This document shows positions 53,462 to 61,890 of a stretch of 64,000 bases of DNA, piece after piece. The translations under genes and the position numbers were made by a program. The notes below the pieces were generated by a model. The model was not told where the DNA came from, did no database searches, and worked only from the letters and a program-made list of their open reading frames with translations. Origin of the DNA: Candidatus Krumholzibacteriia bacterium (GTDB lineage: Bacteria > Krumholzibacteriota > Krumholzibacteriia > Krumholzibacteriales > Krumholzibacteriaceae); NCBI GenBank assembly GCA_963836185.1, contig CAWIIQ010000001.1, positions 1,888,001 through 1,952,000 on the forward strand, given 5' to 3'. Position 1 is the first letter of the stretch, and each line of letters starts with the position of its first letter.

Positions 53462-53716
53462 TCACTTCTGATTCTTCATGTCATTGTTCCCGAGAACCTG
53501 GATTATCTCCTTGTAAAGACCTTCGACCAGGCGTATGTACTCTTCGACTCTTGCCTCTGATTCCGGCTCATCCGAATCGGCCCAGTGATGCAGGGCATCG
53601 ATGCAGGCATCAAAATCATCGCTGAGAGCACGGAATTCTTCGTCTTCCATCGCAAGTTTATCTATGTTATCTTTCTTCCCGGGAAGCAGATCCCGGATAT
53701 GTTGTGTGATGTCCAT
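53462..53716 (-). CDS. Small acidic helical hypothetical protein
   Basis: 84 aa, DEEFRAL.DDF..C..AL.HW...RVEEY..L; first gene of the minus-strand operon. Confidence 0.7.
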   Translation of the reverse strand: MDITQHIRDLLPGKKDNIDKLAMEDEEFRALSDDFDACIDALHHWADSDEPESEARVEEYIRLVEGLYKEIIQVLGNNDMKNQK

Positions 53717-53804
53717 TATGACAGCCCGGTATTGTTAAAGTTATGGTCGAACCGCTGACAGACCACATCGTACGTCAAAAAGGACATTTGTAAAAGTACC
53801 AAAG

Positions 53805-53826
53805 TGTTACGTACGTGTACGTAACA
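53805..53826. promoter_or_regulatory. Palindromic operator in the divergent promoter
   Basis: TGTTACGTAC-GT-GTACGTAACA, a perfect 10-bp inverted repeat. An extra CGTACG lies at 53769-53774. Confidence 0.55.
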
Positions 53827-53842
53827 TTCAAGGAAATTCAAG

Positions 53843-55400
53843 ATGAAGATATCTGGTGAAAAAGAGCAGAAATATATCAGGGCCCAGCTCGACAGGCTTT
53901 TTCGAAGCGAGGATTTCAAGGCATCAGAGAAGCAGAAGAGCTTCCTCCGCTTTATCGCCGAGGAAGCGCTCGAGGGGAGAGGTTCTCAGCTCAAGGGATT
54001 CACCATCGCGGTCGAGGTCTACGGCAGGAATGAGAGATTTGATCCCAGGACTGATCCGATCGTGCGCGTGGAGGCGGGAAGGCTTCGACGCGCCCTGGAG
54101 CTTTACTATCTGAAAGAAGGCAGAAATGATCCCCTGCGGATCAGGATTCCCAAGGGAGGATACGCGCCTGTTTTCGAGCCGATCGAAGTGAAGACGGCCA
54201 CCGGAGCATCGATCGCAGTTCTGCCATTCGTCGACCTGACAGGAGAAAAGGGACAGGAATACTTTACTAACGGCCTTACAGAAGAGCTGACAACTGAACT
54301 GGCTCGATACCAGAACCTCAAGGTCATCGCATCTCAGTCGACGATGCGCTTCAAGGACCGGGAAATGAATCCCGGTGAATTAGGCGTTGAACTCAACGTC
54401 AGATTCCTCCTTACGGGGAACGTCCGAAGAGACTCAAAAACGGTCAAGGTGTCAGTGCAGCTCCTCGATGCATCGGCAGGCGAACAGATCTGGGCGGAAA
54501 GCTACAGATGCGAATATACGGCCGCCGAACTGATAGGGATCCAGGAGGAGATCGCCCAGCAGGCCATCGGGGCAATCGCTGATCAGTGGGGATTGATCGA
54601 ACGCAGGCTGTCCAGGGAGGCCGCCAGGAAAGCTCCCTCAGAGCTCAATGCATATGAAGCCGTTCTACGATTCTACCACTACGAGACGGAATTGACCGTC
54701 GAGGCATTCGAGCAGGCCCTCGAAGCACTGACTTATGCAACGGAGATAGAGCCCGGCTACGGGCTTGCCTGGTCGATGCTCGGCCATCTGCATGCGGACA
54801 ACTACGCACTTGGATTCCGGGATATAGAAGACACCCTGGATAAGGCACTCAGTTACGCGAAGAAAGGTGTGGCGATTGCACCGGAAAATCAATTCGCGTG
54901 GGACGCGCTCTCCGTGGTCTATTTTCAACTCGGAGAAAAAAGGCGTTTTCTGGAAACGATTGAAAAATCCCTGAGCCTTAATCCCAACTCACCATATATA
55001 GTGGGTGTAACAGGCTGGCATTTGATGCTCTTTGGCGAGTGGGACCGCGGGCTTGAACTGCTGAGAAAAGGCATGAGGCTTAATCCCCTCTACCCCACCT
55101 GGTTTCACCTGGCTACCTCAATGGAATGCTATCGCCGAGGGGGATTTCGAGGGCGCTCTCGAAGAGGCTATGAGTTTTAATTTCCCGACCCTGTTCTGGG
55201 ATCCACTGCTGAGGGCAGCCGCCCTCGGGAAACTGGGAAAATACCATGAAGCCGGAACAGCAGCCGGGGAGCTGCTGCAGCTGGTTCCAGATTTGCGTGA
55301 AGCGCGCAGGGCGATGATAAATATCTACGTGAAGGCTGACGGGCTTGCCGATGAGGTATTGGCCGGCCTGCGGAAAGCCGGCCTGAAAGAACTTGCATAG
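53843..55400 (+). CDS. Putative regulator: N-terminal wHTH-like domain, TolB-like domain and TPRs; frameshift near 55140
   Basis: FLRFI.E..L.G...LKGFTIA.EVYGR...FDP..DPIVRVEAGRLRRAL..YY, IPKGGY.P.F; SIAVLPF, GL.EEL...L; C-terminal TPRs. Confidence 0.8.
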
Positions 55401-55420
55401 TCCTCCCTCCTCTTCCGGGC

Positions 55421-56656
55421 CTACCCCCTCATCTCGGCGATCTTCCTTACGGCCTGCTCCTGCATATCCCTGGCCGCCTCGGCCGGGTCGAGCTTCCCTC
55501 CCATCACGGACTGGTAGTAGGGGCGCATCGCGTCCCAGATAGCCCGCATCTCTGGCACCACCGGCATCGGCTGCCCGTGCAGCGCCTGATCCATCGAACC
55601 CTTCAGGACAGGATCAGCGAGAAGGACCTCATCAACGGCGAGGCTGGAGAGCGCCGGAAGGATCTTCAGTTCGGAGGTGATCTCCCTCTGGACCGCTTCT
55701 CCTGTGAGATAGACGAGCAGTTCCTTTACAGCGGGGAGTTTCTCGTCCTTGACGTTGACGCTAATAGAGTAGCCCTTGCTCGATACCATAGGCGCGGGGT
55801 ACTTTCCCGTCTCCGAAATAATCGGTATCGCCATGACGCCTATGTCCATCCCCGCCTCGATGTATGCCTTGAGCGACCAGGGGCCGTTGATGATGAATGC
55901 CGCCTGGCCCTTCTTGAACATCGTGTCGCTGAGCTCATAGTTGCATTCCTTCGGGAGTATCTTGTGCCTGTTGCGAAGGTCGGCCATAAAGGCGAGCGCC
56001 CTCGCCATCGCCGGCGTGTCGAGCGTCGGAGCGTAATTCTTGTCCATCACCTTTCCATTGAATCCGCCCAGGAAAGGAACGAGCCAGAAGGGCTCGACCG
56101 AGTTGAAAACAACGCCGTATATCTCCGGCATCCCGTCTCCGTTCTCGTCTACAGTGAGGCCCTTACACATCTTTATCCACTCATCGCTGTCTCTCGGCTC
56201 CGACTTGACCATCGCTTTGTTGTATATCAGCATGAGGTGGTTGCCGATCTGGTCGGGCACCGCGTAGTTGTGTCCCTCCAGGACACCGAGCGATGACTTC
56301 TCATACGCGCCAAAGAAAGCCGAGTCGAATATCTTTTCGAGTGGCATGATGAGCTGCATCACCGAGTACGGCCCGATCTTGTCGCTCGGCCCGTACACGA
56401 GGTCGGGGCCGCCGCCCGCGAGGGTGGCCGTCTGGAACTGGCTGTGAAGAAGGTCGGTCTCGAAATGTACCGTCGAGACTGTAACACCGGGATGGCTCGC
56501 CATGTAGGCATCGAGCTGCCTGTTGAGGACGACCTGCTCGACAGGGTCCTTCTGTTCCCATATGACGATCTCGTTGGTTCCGTCTCCCCCTCCCCCACAT
56601 CCGGAGAGGACGAGAAACAGGGATGCAAGCGCGAGCGCTGAGATTTTCCTGAACAT
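55421..56656 (-). CDS. malE: Maltose/maltodextrin-type ABC substrate-binding lipoprotein (MalE-like)
   Basis: Lipobox LSGC; GGGPDL..G..D.IG, LIYNK, F..G.AA..INGPW, PMP..PEM..IW. Confidence 0.85.
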   Translation of the reverse strand: MFRKISALALASLFLVLSGCGGGGDGTNEIVIWEQKDPVEQVVLNRQLDAYMASHPGVTVSTVHFETDLLHSQFQTATLAGGGPDLVYGPSDKIGPYSVMQLIMPLEKIFDSAFFGAYEKSSLGVLEGHNYAVPDQIGNHLMLIYNKAMVKSEPRDSDEWIKMCKGLTVDENGDGMPEIYGVVFNSVEPFWLVPFLGGFNGKVMDKNYAPTLDTPAMARALAFMADLRNRHKILPKECNYELSDTMFKKGQAAFIINGPWSLKAYIEAGMDIGVMAIPIISETGKYPAPMVSSKGYSISVNVKDEKLPAVKELLVYLTGEAVQREITSELKILPALSSLAVDEVLLADPVLKGSMDQALHGQPMPVVPEMRAIWDAMRPYYQSVMGGKLDPAEAARDMQEQAVRKIAEMRG

Positions 56657-56667
56657 GAACGACCTCC

Positions 56668-57841
56668 TCAGTCCTTGAGTACTACATATTGCGAGAGATC
56701 GAGCTGCAGGTTCCTCTCGATCTCGCCAGCGGTTTCAGGTCCGGTCTCCGTGAAAGACAAAGGAGAAGACGCGGTAAGTTGCGCCAGTCAGTTTTGCGGA
56801 GCTCGATCACCTTATCGAAGTTGGCCGCGAAGCCTTCGTAATCTATTTCCTCTACATCTTCGACGGGAACATCCTCGGGGATGAAGGCAACATACATCGA
56901 GTAGACCCTGTCTTCCTTCCCGGCGAATATCGTATTCCAGTCAGGTATCTTTCTCTCGAGAAAATACTCATGAGTGTTGATGCCCCATGCGTACCAGCCG
57001 AAATCGGTCCCGCCGAATCCGGCGAACCTCATCGGGTTGGCCTCTATCGGAACGATATCGCAGCCGTCCACCCTCAACTCGATATGAAGGGGAAAATTCT
57101 TCAGGTCGGCCTGCTTCCCGATTCGGGCAAGCGGGCCGGTGAACATCCGTATCCCGTACTCGACGATAGCTTTCGAGGTGACATATGTCGTATCGCTCAC
57201 ATCTGTCCCCGATGAGAAGAGATGGTGAAGGACATTGAGTATAACCGGGCGGCCTGTCTCATCGTAATATACGTCTACCGCGAACTCCTCGCCCTTTATC
57301 CCTTCCTCGATGATGAAGGTGCCCGGATCGAATACCTGTCCGGGATACATCCCCCCGAAACTCTCGAGATCCTCCTCGATCGACTTGCAGGGCGGCGGGC
57401 CAGTCTTCGTCAGATTCTATCTTTCGGACGGCCATGCTGAAGAATCCAACCGCCGGCTTTACGACAAACGGCTTGGGGAGCTCTGACGGGTCGAGATGCC
57501 TGAGCGCCTCGACGTCGATACCGGCGTAGAAGAACTCCGGATGGTCCTCCTCGATCATAGCGCGGAAATCGATCTTGTTCTTCAGCCGGTCGATCCTGTA
57601 GGGAAGTCCGGAAGGCCCGAGGTTTTCGGCGATCCATCCGATCGCGTCCTCCGAGCTGGTATAGATCAGAGGATACTTCTCGCGCGTTCGCCCTGGCGGC
57701 GAACTCCTCCCCGTCGAGGAGTGCGAGGTCGTATTCCTCGGCGACCTTTTCGGAGACGGCGTTTCGCAGCACCGGCGTCCTGAGGCGCTGGAGTGTTTCG
57801 GCGAGAAGATCGGATACGTACGGCCTGTCGAGTATTATCAT
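56668..57841 (-). CDS. ATP-grasp domain protein; about four frameshifts (~57670, 57385, 56777, 56753)
   Basis: MIILDRPYVS, KNK..FR, PFVVKPAVGFFS, IEE.I.GEEFAVD, HIELR, PIEANPMRFAG; reconstructed end ..LDLSQYVVLKD*. Confidence 0.8.
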
Positions 57842-58575
57842 TACTTCTTATGCTCCCTGGGGAGCCTTCCGACAGGCATCACGTAGAGAGGCACTTCCTC
57901 TTCGGTCATCCCGATCAGTTTCTTGAGGGCATCGTCGGAGAAGGCGCCGATCGCGCAGGTGCCGAGCCCGAGGGAGCCGCACTGCAGATAGACGTTCTGC
58001 GCCGAGTGGCCGAGGTCCATACAGACATATCTGTCATGCCCGCGCTCCCCGTACTTCTCCGTGCATCTCTCGTAGACGGCGGACCAGACGATCGATACTG
58101 GAGCTTCGCCGGCGAACGGCTGGCTAAGGCAGGCCGCCATCAGGTCGCTTCGGATATCGCCATCGGCGAGCCTGTGGATCAGATGACCCTCAGGTACGTA
58201 CCAGTATATCCCCGGCAGGAGCCCTTTTACGTTTCCCGCTACCAGATATATCTCGAGCGGGTAACGCGCGCCGGCTGAGGGTGCGGTCTTGAACCCGCCG
58301 CGTATGAAATCGGGAAGCCCTTCCTTCGTGTAGGTGATCCCGTAGGCGGACCAGAGAAGTTGTGAGACTTCCTCCAGCGTAACGGGCTCATCGGTATATT
58401 TCCTTACCGACCTGCGCTCATGGAGGACCTTTTCTATCGAGAAATCACTGCTCAAGAGAGGCTTGGGCAGTTCGACTGTCGCAATAGCCTGGTGCTCGAG
58501 AGTGTACTTGCCGCTCCATGCCGTCGTGGGCATCAGGATACAGGCGGCGAGAACGAGGATAGTCAGATATCTCAT
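57841..58575 (-). CDS. SagB/ThcOx-family nitroreductase with N-terminal signal peptide
   Basis: RRSVR.Y, SQLLWSA.GIT, TAPSAGARYPLEIY, KYGERG.RY..MD.GH.AQN, IGAF.D. Confidence 0.9.
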   Translation of the reverse strand: MRYLTILVLAACILMPTTAWSGKYTLEHQAIATVELPKPLLSSDFSIEKVLHERRSVRKYTDEPVTLEEVSQLLWSAYGITYTKEGLPDFIRGGFKTAPSAGARYPLEIYLVAGNVKGLLPGIYWYVPEGHLIHRLADGDIRSDLMAACLSQPFAGEAPVSIVWSAVYERCTEKYGERGHDRYVCMDLGHSAQNVYLQCGSLGLGTCAIGAFSDDALKKLIGMTEEEVPLYVMPVGRLPREHKK

Positions 58576-58615
58576 CGGGGTCTCCTTTCACATGCAGAAA
58601 AACATGGAAAGGAGA

Positions 58616-58828
58616 CTAACCGTTATCGGGGATATATTCAAGTATATCCCCCGGCTGACAGTCCAGGGCCCTGCAGACAGCTTCGAGTGTCGAGAACCGG
58701 ACGGCCCTGGCCCGTCCTGTCTTGAGGACGGAGAGATTCGCGATCGTCACTCCCACCTCGGATGACAGTTCCGTAAGGGACATCTTCCGTCTGACGAGCA
58801 TCATGTCGAGATTAACGTTGATTGCCAT
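58616..58828 (-). CDS. XRE/Cro HTH regulator (YozG-like)
   Basis: MAINVNLD..L..RKMSLTELS..VG.T.ANLS.LK.G...AVRFSTL..C..L.CQPGD. Confidence 0.93.
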   Translation of the reverse strand: MAINVNLDMMLVRRKMSLTELSSEVGVTIANLSVLKTGRARAVRFSTLEAVCRALDCQPGDILEYIPDNG

Positions 58829-58839
58829 GACACCCTCCC

Positions 58840-59487
58840 TCAGACGGTAAGTTCGCTGTCTTCACACAGGCTCACGCCGTACTGGAATACGTGCCCGATT
58901 ACTACGATAACAAGACCGGCGAATATATAGAATACCCGGAAGTCGGGCTCGATATAGATCTTCGCCCCTTCGATCCCTATCTTCGGCAGCCACATCCACG
59001 CGTAGATGTACTCGAGAATGCCCCAGAAAGGACCGGCCGCCATCACGAGCCAGCCCATCGCCCTTATCCTCGCGGCGTTCACCCGTGTAAAGGGTGTACC
59101 GCTCTTTATAGACTTGATGATCTTCCTGAGGATCATCACTATCCCGAGAAAAAGCATCGAGAGGAGCAGCGGCATTATGACGAAGATCCTCTGCAACCCC
59201 TTCTCGCCGTTCTCCATGACGAGCCGGCTGTACCCGGTGATCTTCGAGCTGGTGATCGAAAGGTCCTGTCCCTGCAGCCAGCCTCCTCCACCGGCGATGT
59301 AGCATACTTCAACCGGGGCACGCGTATACTTCACATGGAATGGAGTGAAGTTCACAGCGATCACGAGAACGACCGAGAGAAGCATCGCGAGAACGGCGAG
59401 CCAGAAGAGGATCTCGACTACTACCACCGATACCTTCGTCGCCGCGGAGGGCTTGAATCCCTGTACCGTCATGACGGCTCCTTTCAT
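58840..59487 (-). CDS. DUF2975 membrane protein
   Basis: G.PFT..N..RIR..G, VF.YG..L..D.ELTV C-terminus; the usual partner of YozG-like regulators. Confidence 0.88.
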   Translation of the reverse strand: MKGAVMTVQGFKPSAATKVSVVVVEILFWLAVLAMLLSVVLVIAVNFTPFHVKYTRAPVEVCYIAGGGGWLQGQDLSITSSKITGYSRLVMENGEKGLQRIFVIMPLLLSMLFLGIVMILRKIIKSIKSGTPFTRVNAARIRAMGWLVMAAGPFWGILEYIYAWMWLPKIGIEGAKIYIEPDFRVFYIFAGLVIVVIGHVFQYGVSLCEDSELTV

Positions 59488-59527
59488 TTAGAATCCTGTT
59501 CCGTATACGGGTAGAATGAACATAATG

Positions 59528-59586
59528 TTGCCGTTTTTCAAGCAATTTTTATTGTTTTACGATAATTTATTACCGTATTACGAGGT
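59528..59586. promoter_or_regulatory. Three 21-bp-phased imperfect palindromes; probable operators of the XRE regulator
   Basis: TTGCCG-N5-CAAGCA (59528), TTATTG-N5-CGATAA (59549), TTACCG-N5-CGAGGT (59570). Confidence 0.5.
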
Positions 59587-59638
59587 AAGAGCGAAGTCCG
59601 CTTGCATCAGATCACGAATGCAGTTAACATCTTCAGCC

Positions 59639-60043
59639 ATGCGGAGAACGTTCAGAAGAGATATAGGATCGCTCGATGCGCTATTCGCGTTCGCGGAAGA
59701 GTTCGAGACCTGCAACGGCCTCGAGGATCCCGAATCTTACTTCCTCGACCTGACGCTCGAAGAGCTCTTCACAAACCTCGTGCGTCACGCCAACGGAAGC
59801 GAGAATATCGATGTCGAGATAGAACTCGATGACGGCCTTATAACGATCCGCCTTACCGACCGCGAGACCGGACCGTTCGATGGAAACTCGCTCGGCGAAG
59901 TCGACACTGAAGCTCCGCTGATGGAACGCGAGCCGGGCGGGCTCGGCATCCATCTCGTAAAAAAGATGGCGGACAGCCTGGAATACGACTACGATGACGG
60001 CACCCTGGTCATCACGGTAAAGAAGCGCCTGGAGGAAAGATGA
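59639..60043 (+). CDS. RsbW/SpoIIAB-like anti-sigma factor kinase (HATPase_c)
   Basis: LEELFTNLVRH, D...GPFD, REPGGLGIHLV..M.D...Y. Confidence 0.85.
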   Translation: MRRTFRRDIGSLDALFAFAEEFETCNGLEDPESYFLDLTLEELFTNLVRHANGSENIDVEIELDDGLITIRLTDRETGPFDGNSLGEVDTEAPLMEREPGGLGIHLVKKMADSLEYDYDDGTLVITVKKRLEER

Positions 60044-60327
60044 CGTTCGACATATCGGTAGCGGGAGATGGAACGATAAGACTCGCCGGAAGGCTCGACT
60101 CGAACCAGGTCGATACGACCAGGACCGTCCTCGAAAAGGTCGAAACGACGGTAAAGGTAGATTTCGCGGAGCTGCGATATATCTCCAGCGCCGGCCTCGG
60201 CCTCCTTCTCGGCACCCAGAAACGCCTCATCGACAAAGGTCACAAGCTTGAGATCATCAACATGACTTCTCACATCCGCGATATCTTCACCATCGCCGGA
60301 TTCGACTTTATATTTGACATAAAGTAA
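60040..60327 (+). CDS. STAS anti-sigma factor antagonist
   Basis: L.GRLD, D..EL.YISSAGL, I.DIF..AGF. Confidence 0.9.
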   Translation: MTFDISVAGDGTIRLAGRLDSNQVDTTRTVLEKVETTVKVDFAELRYISSAGLGLLLGTQKRLIDKGHKLEIINMTSHIRDIFTIAGFDFIFDIK

Positions 60328-60488
60328 AAGTTATTTTACTCTGATTCACAAGCTCTCTAACACAAGGGATTTACAACAACACCTGCAGCACGAGCGTGAC
60401 GGCTGTGGCACGGTCCGGTATTCCGGTATCGTCCTCCGTCACCGGCCATCGAAGTGCGCCGGACGGAGGACGTTTTCCATACCGGCCG

Positions 60489-60517
60489 CCAACTTTTTCA
60501 TGGTTGGTCTGTATTTA
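60489..60517 (+). promoter_or_regulatory. Putative autoregulatory ECF promoter, copy 1
   Basis: CCAACTTT-N12-CTGTATTTA, abutting the sigma ATG; identical boxes and spacing at 61805-61833. Confidence 0.65.
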
Positions 60518-61047
60518 TGTCGACAACGGATTCATCGCTGGTCAACGAGACGCTGAATGGAGACAGGGAAGCGTTCGGAAGGCTGGTGGAGAAGTACGAG
60601 CGGCGGATCTTCAACCTCGCGTTAAGGATCTGCGGCGACTACGAGGAAGCCATGGACGTAACACAGACAGTATTTGTAAAGGCCTTCGACAGGCTGGAGA
60701 CCTTCGATCCTTCGAGGAAGTTCTTCAGCTGGCTCTACAGGATGGGCGTCAACGAATCCCTCAATCAGGTCAAAAGACAGAGCAGGATAGTGCACGTCGA
60801 ATTCGACCCTCCCTCCCGCACTCCGGGACCGGAGCAGCAGCTGATCCGTGAGGAGTCGAACGGGCTCGTGCAGACGGCGCTCAAGAGACTCAGCGAGGAC
60901 CAGAGGGTGGTCATCATCCTCAGGCACTTCGTCGATCTCTCGTACAGCCAGATAGCCGAAGTGCTGGGGATCCATGAGAAGACTGTGAAGTCCAGGCTTT
61001 ACTCAGCCAGGCAGCGGATGAAGGAATTACTTACAGGGGCGGTGTAG
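60517..61047 (+). CDS. ECF RNA polymerase sigma factor
   Basis: DSSLV...L.GD.EAF..LV.KY, A.DVTQ.VFVKA, FFSWLYR..VN, LSY.QIAEVL.I...TVKSRL..AR. Confidence 0.93.
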   Translation: MSTTDSSLVNETLNGDREAFGRLVEKYERRIFNLALRICGDYEEAMDVTQTVFVKAFDRLETFDPSRKFFSWLYRMGVNESLNQVKRQSRIVHVEFDPPSRTPGPEQQLIREESNGLVQTALKRLSEDQRVVIILRHFVDLSYSQIAEVLGIHEKTVKSRLYSARQRMKELLTGAV

Positions 61048-61050
61048 GTC

Positions 61051-61788
61051 ATGACCATAGATGAAAGATACATAAGGATGATGAACGAGGAGATCGACGG
61101 TGTCATCTCCGATGAGGACGCTGAGAGACTCGCTTCATATGTCAGCTCCGATCCGGAGGCCGGGAGATACTACAAGGAGCTTCGGGCGACGGTCGAGGCT
61201 ATCGACGGCACGAGAGATGTCGAGCCACCCTCCGAACTCAGGGAACGGATCTTCAGTTCGGTATACGAACGCTCCCTGGAAGAGGCAGTGGCCCGCCCCC
61301 CCGAAAGAAACGTTTTCTGGCGGTCGTTCGTGCCGGTCTTCGCTGCCGGCGTAGCGGCAGGATTCATACTCTTCGCCGCGATACGGCAGCTGCCGGACCG
61401 GGCACCGGATGAACCTGGATACGGAGCGACTATCGGAGCGGCTTCCGGAGAAGATGAGACCACAGGAAGATTCGACGCTTTCGGGGTGAAGGGCAGCATA
61501 ACCCCCGTATTCGAGAGCGGTTCTGCGACTATCACATTAGACCTGGCTTCAGAGGCGGATGCCAGCATCCTCCTCGAGTTCGAGGATGGAACATCCTTCG
61601 AGTCGATCAGGTCGAGCGAGGGAACTGCCTACCAGATGGAGGTCGATGAAAAGAGCCTCCTGCTCGTACATAACGGCATCGCGGAATATATCGTCAGACT
61701 CAGATCGGCGGGATCCACGTCTTTCGTGCTGCGGATCTTCACCGATGGCAAGACTGTGGCGGCGACGAAATATTCCGCCGGAGAATAA
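61051..61788 (+). CDS. Membrane anti-sigma factor (ASD-like N-terminus without Zn ligands, one TM, extracytoplasmic domain)
   Basis: M...IDG..S......L..Y...DPE....Y..L, EPP.ELR.RI, TM FVPVFAAGVAAGFILFAAI. Confidence 0.75.
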   Translation: MTIDERYIRMMNEEIDGVISDEDAERLASYVSSDPEAGRYYKELRATVEAIDGTRDVEPPSELRERIFSSVYERSLEEAVARPPERNVFWRSFVPVFAAGVAAGFILFAAIRQLPDRAPDEPGYGATIGAASGEDETTGRFDAFGVKGSITPVFESGSATITLDLASEADASILLEFEDGTSFESIRSSEGTAYQMEVDEKSLLLVHNGIAEYIVRLRSAGSTSFVLRIFTDGKTVAATKYSAGE

Positions 61789-61804
61789 AAACAGGCTGAT
61801 CTGA

Positions 61805-61833
61805 CCAACTTTCGAAAGACCCGCCTGTATTTA
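61805..61833 (+). promoter_or_regulatory. Putative ECF promoter, copy 2, driving the repeat-protein gene
   Basis: CCAACTTT-N12-CTGTATTTA ending 57 nt upstream of ATG 61891; RBS AGGAGG. Confidence 0.7.
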
Positions 61834-61890
61834 GGGTGAACAGTAAATCAGTCAGCGGCAGAAACCCATTTACCAGAAGGAGGGCACCAG

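Noticed and set aside
42840-55421. Integrative element or transposon between malF and malE
   Set aside because: No integrase or transposase, no tRNA target, and only short imperfect CCGGGC similarities at the edges.
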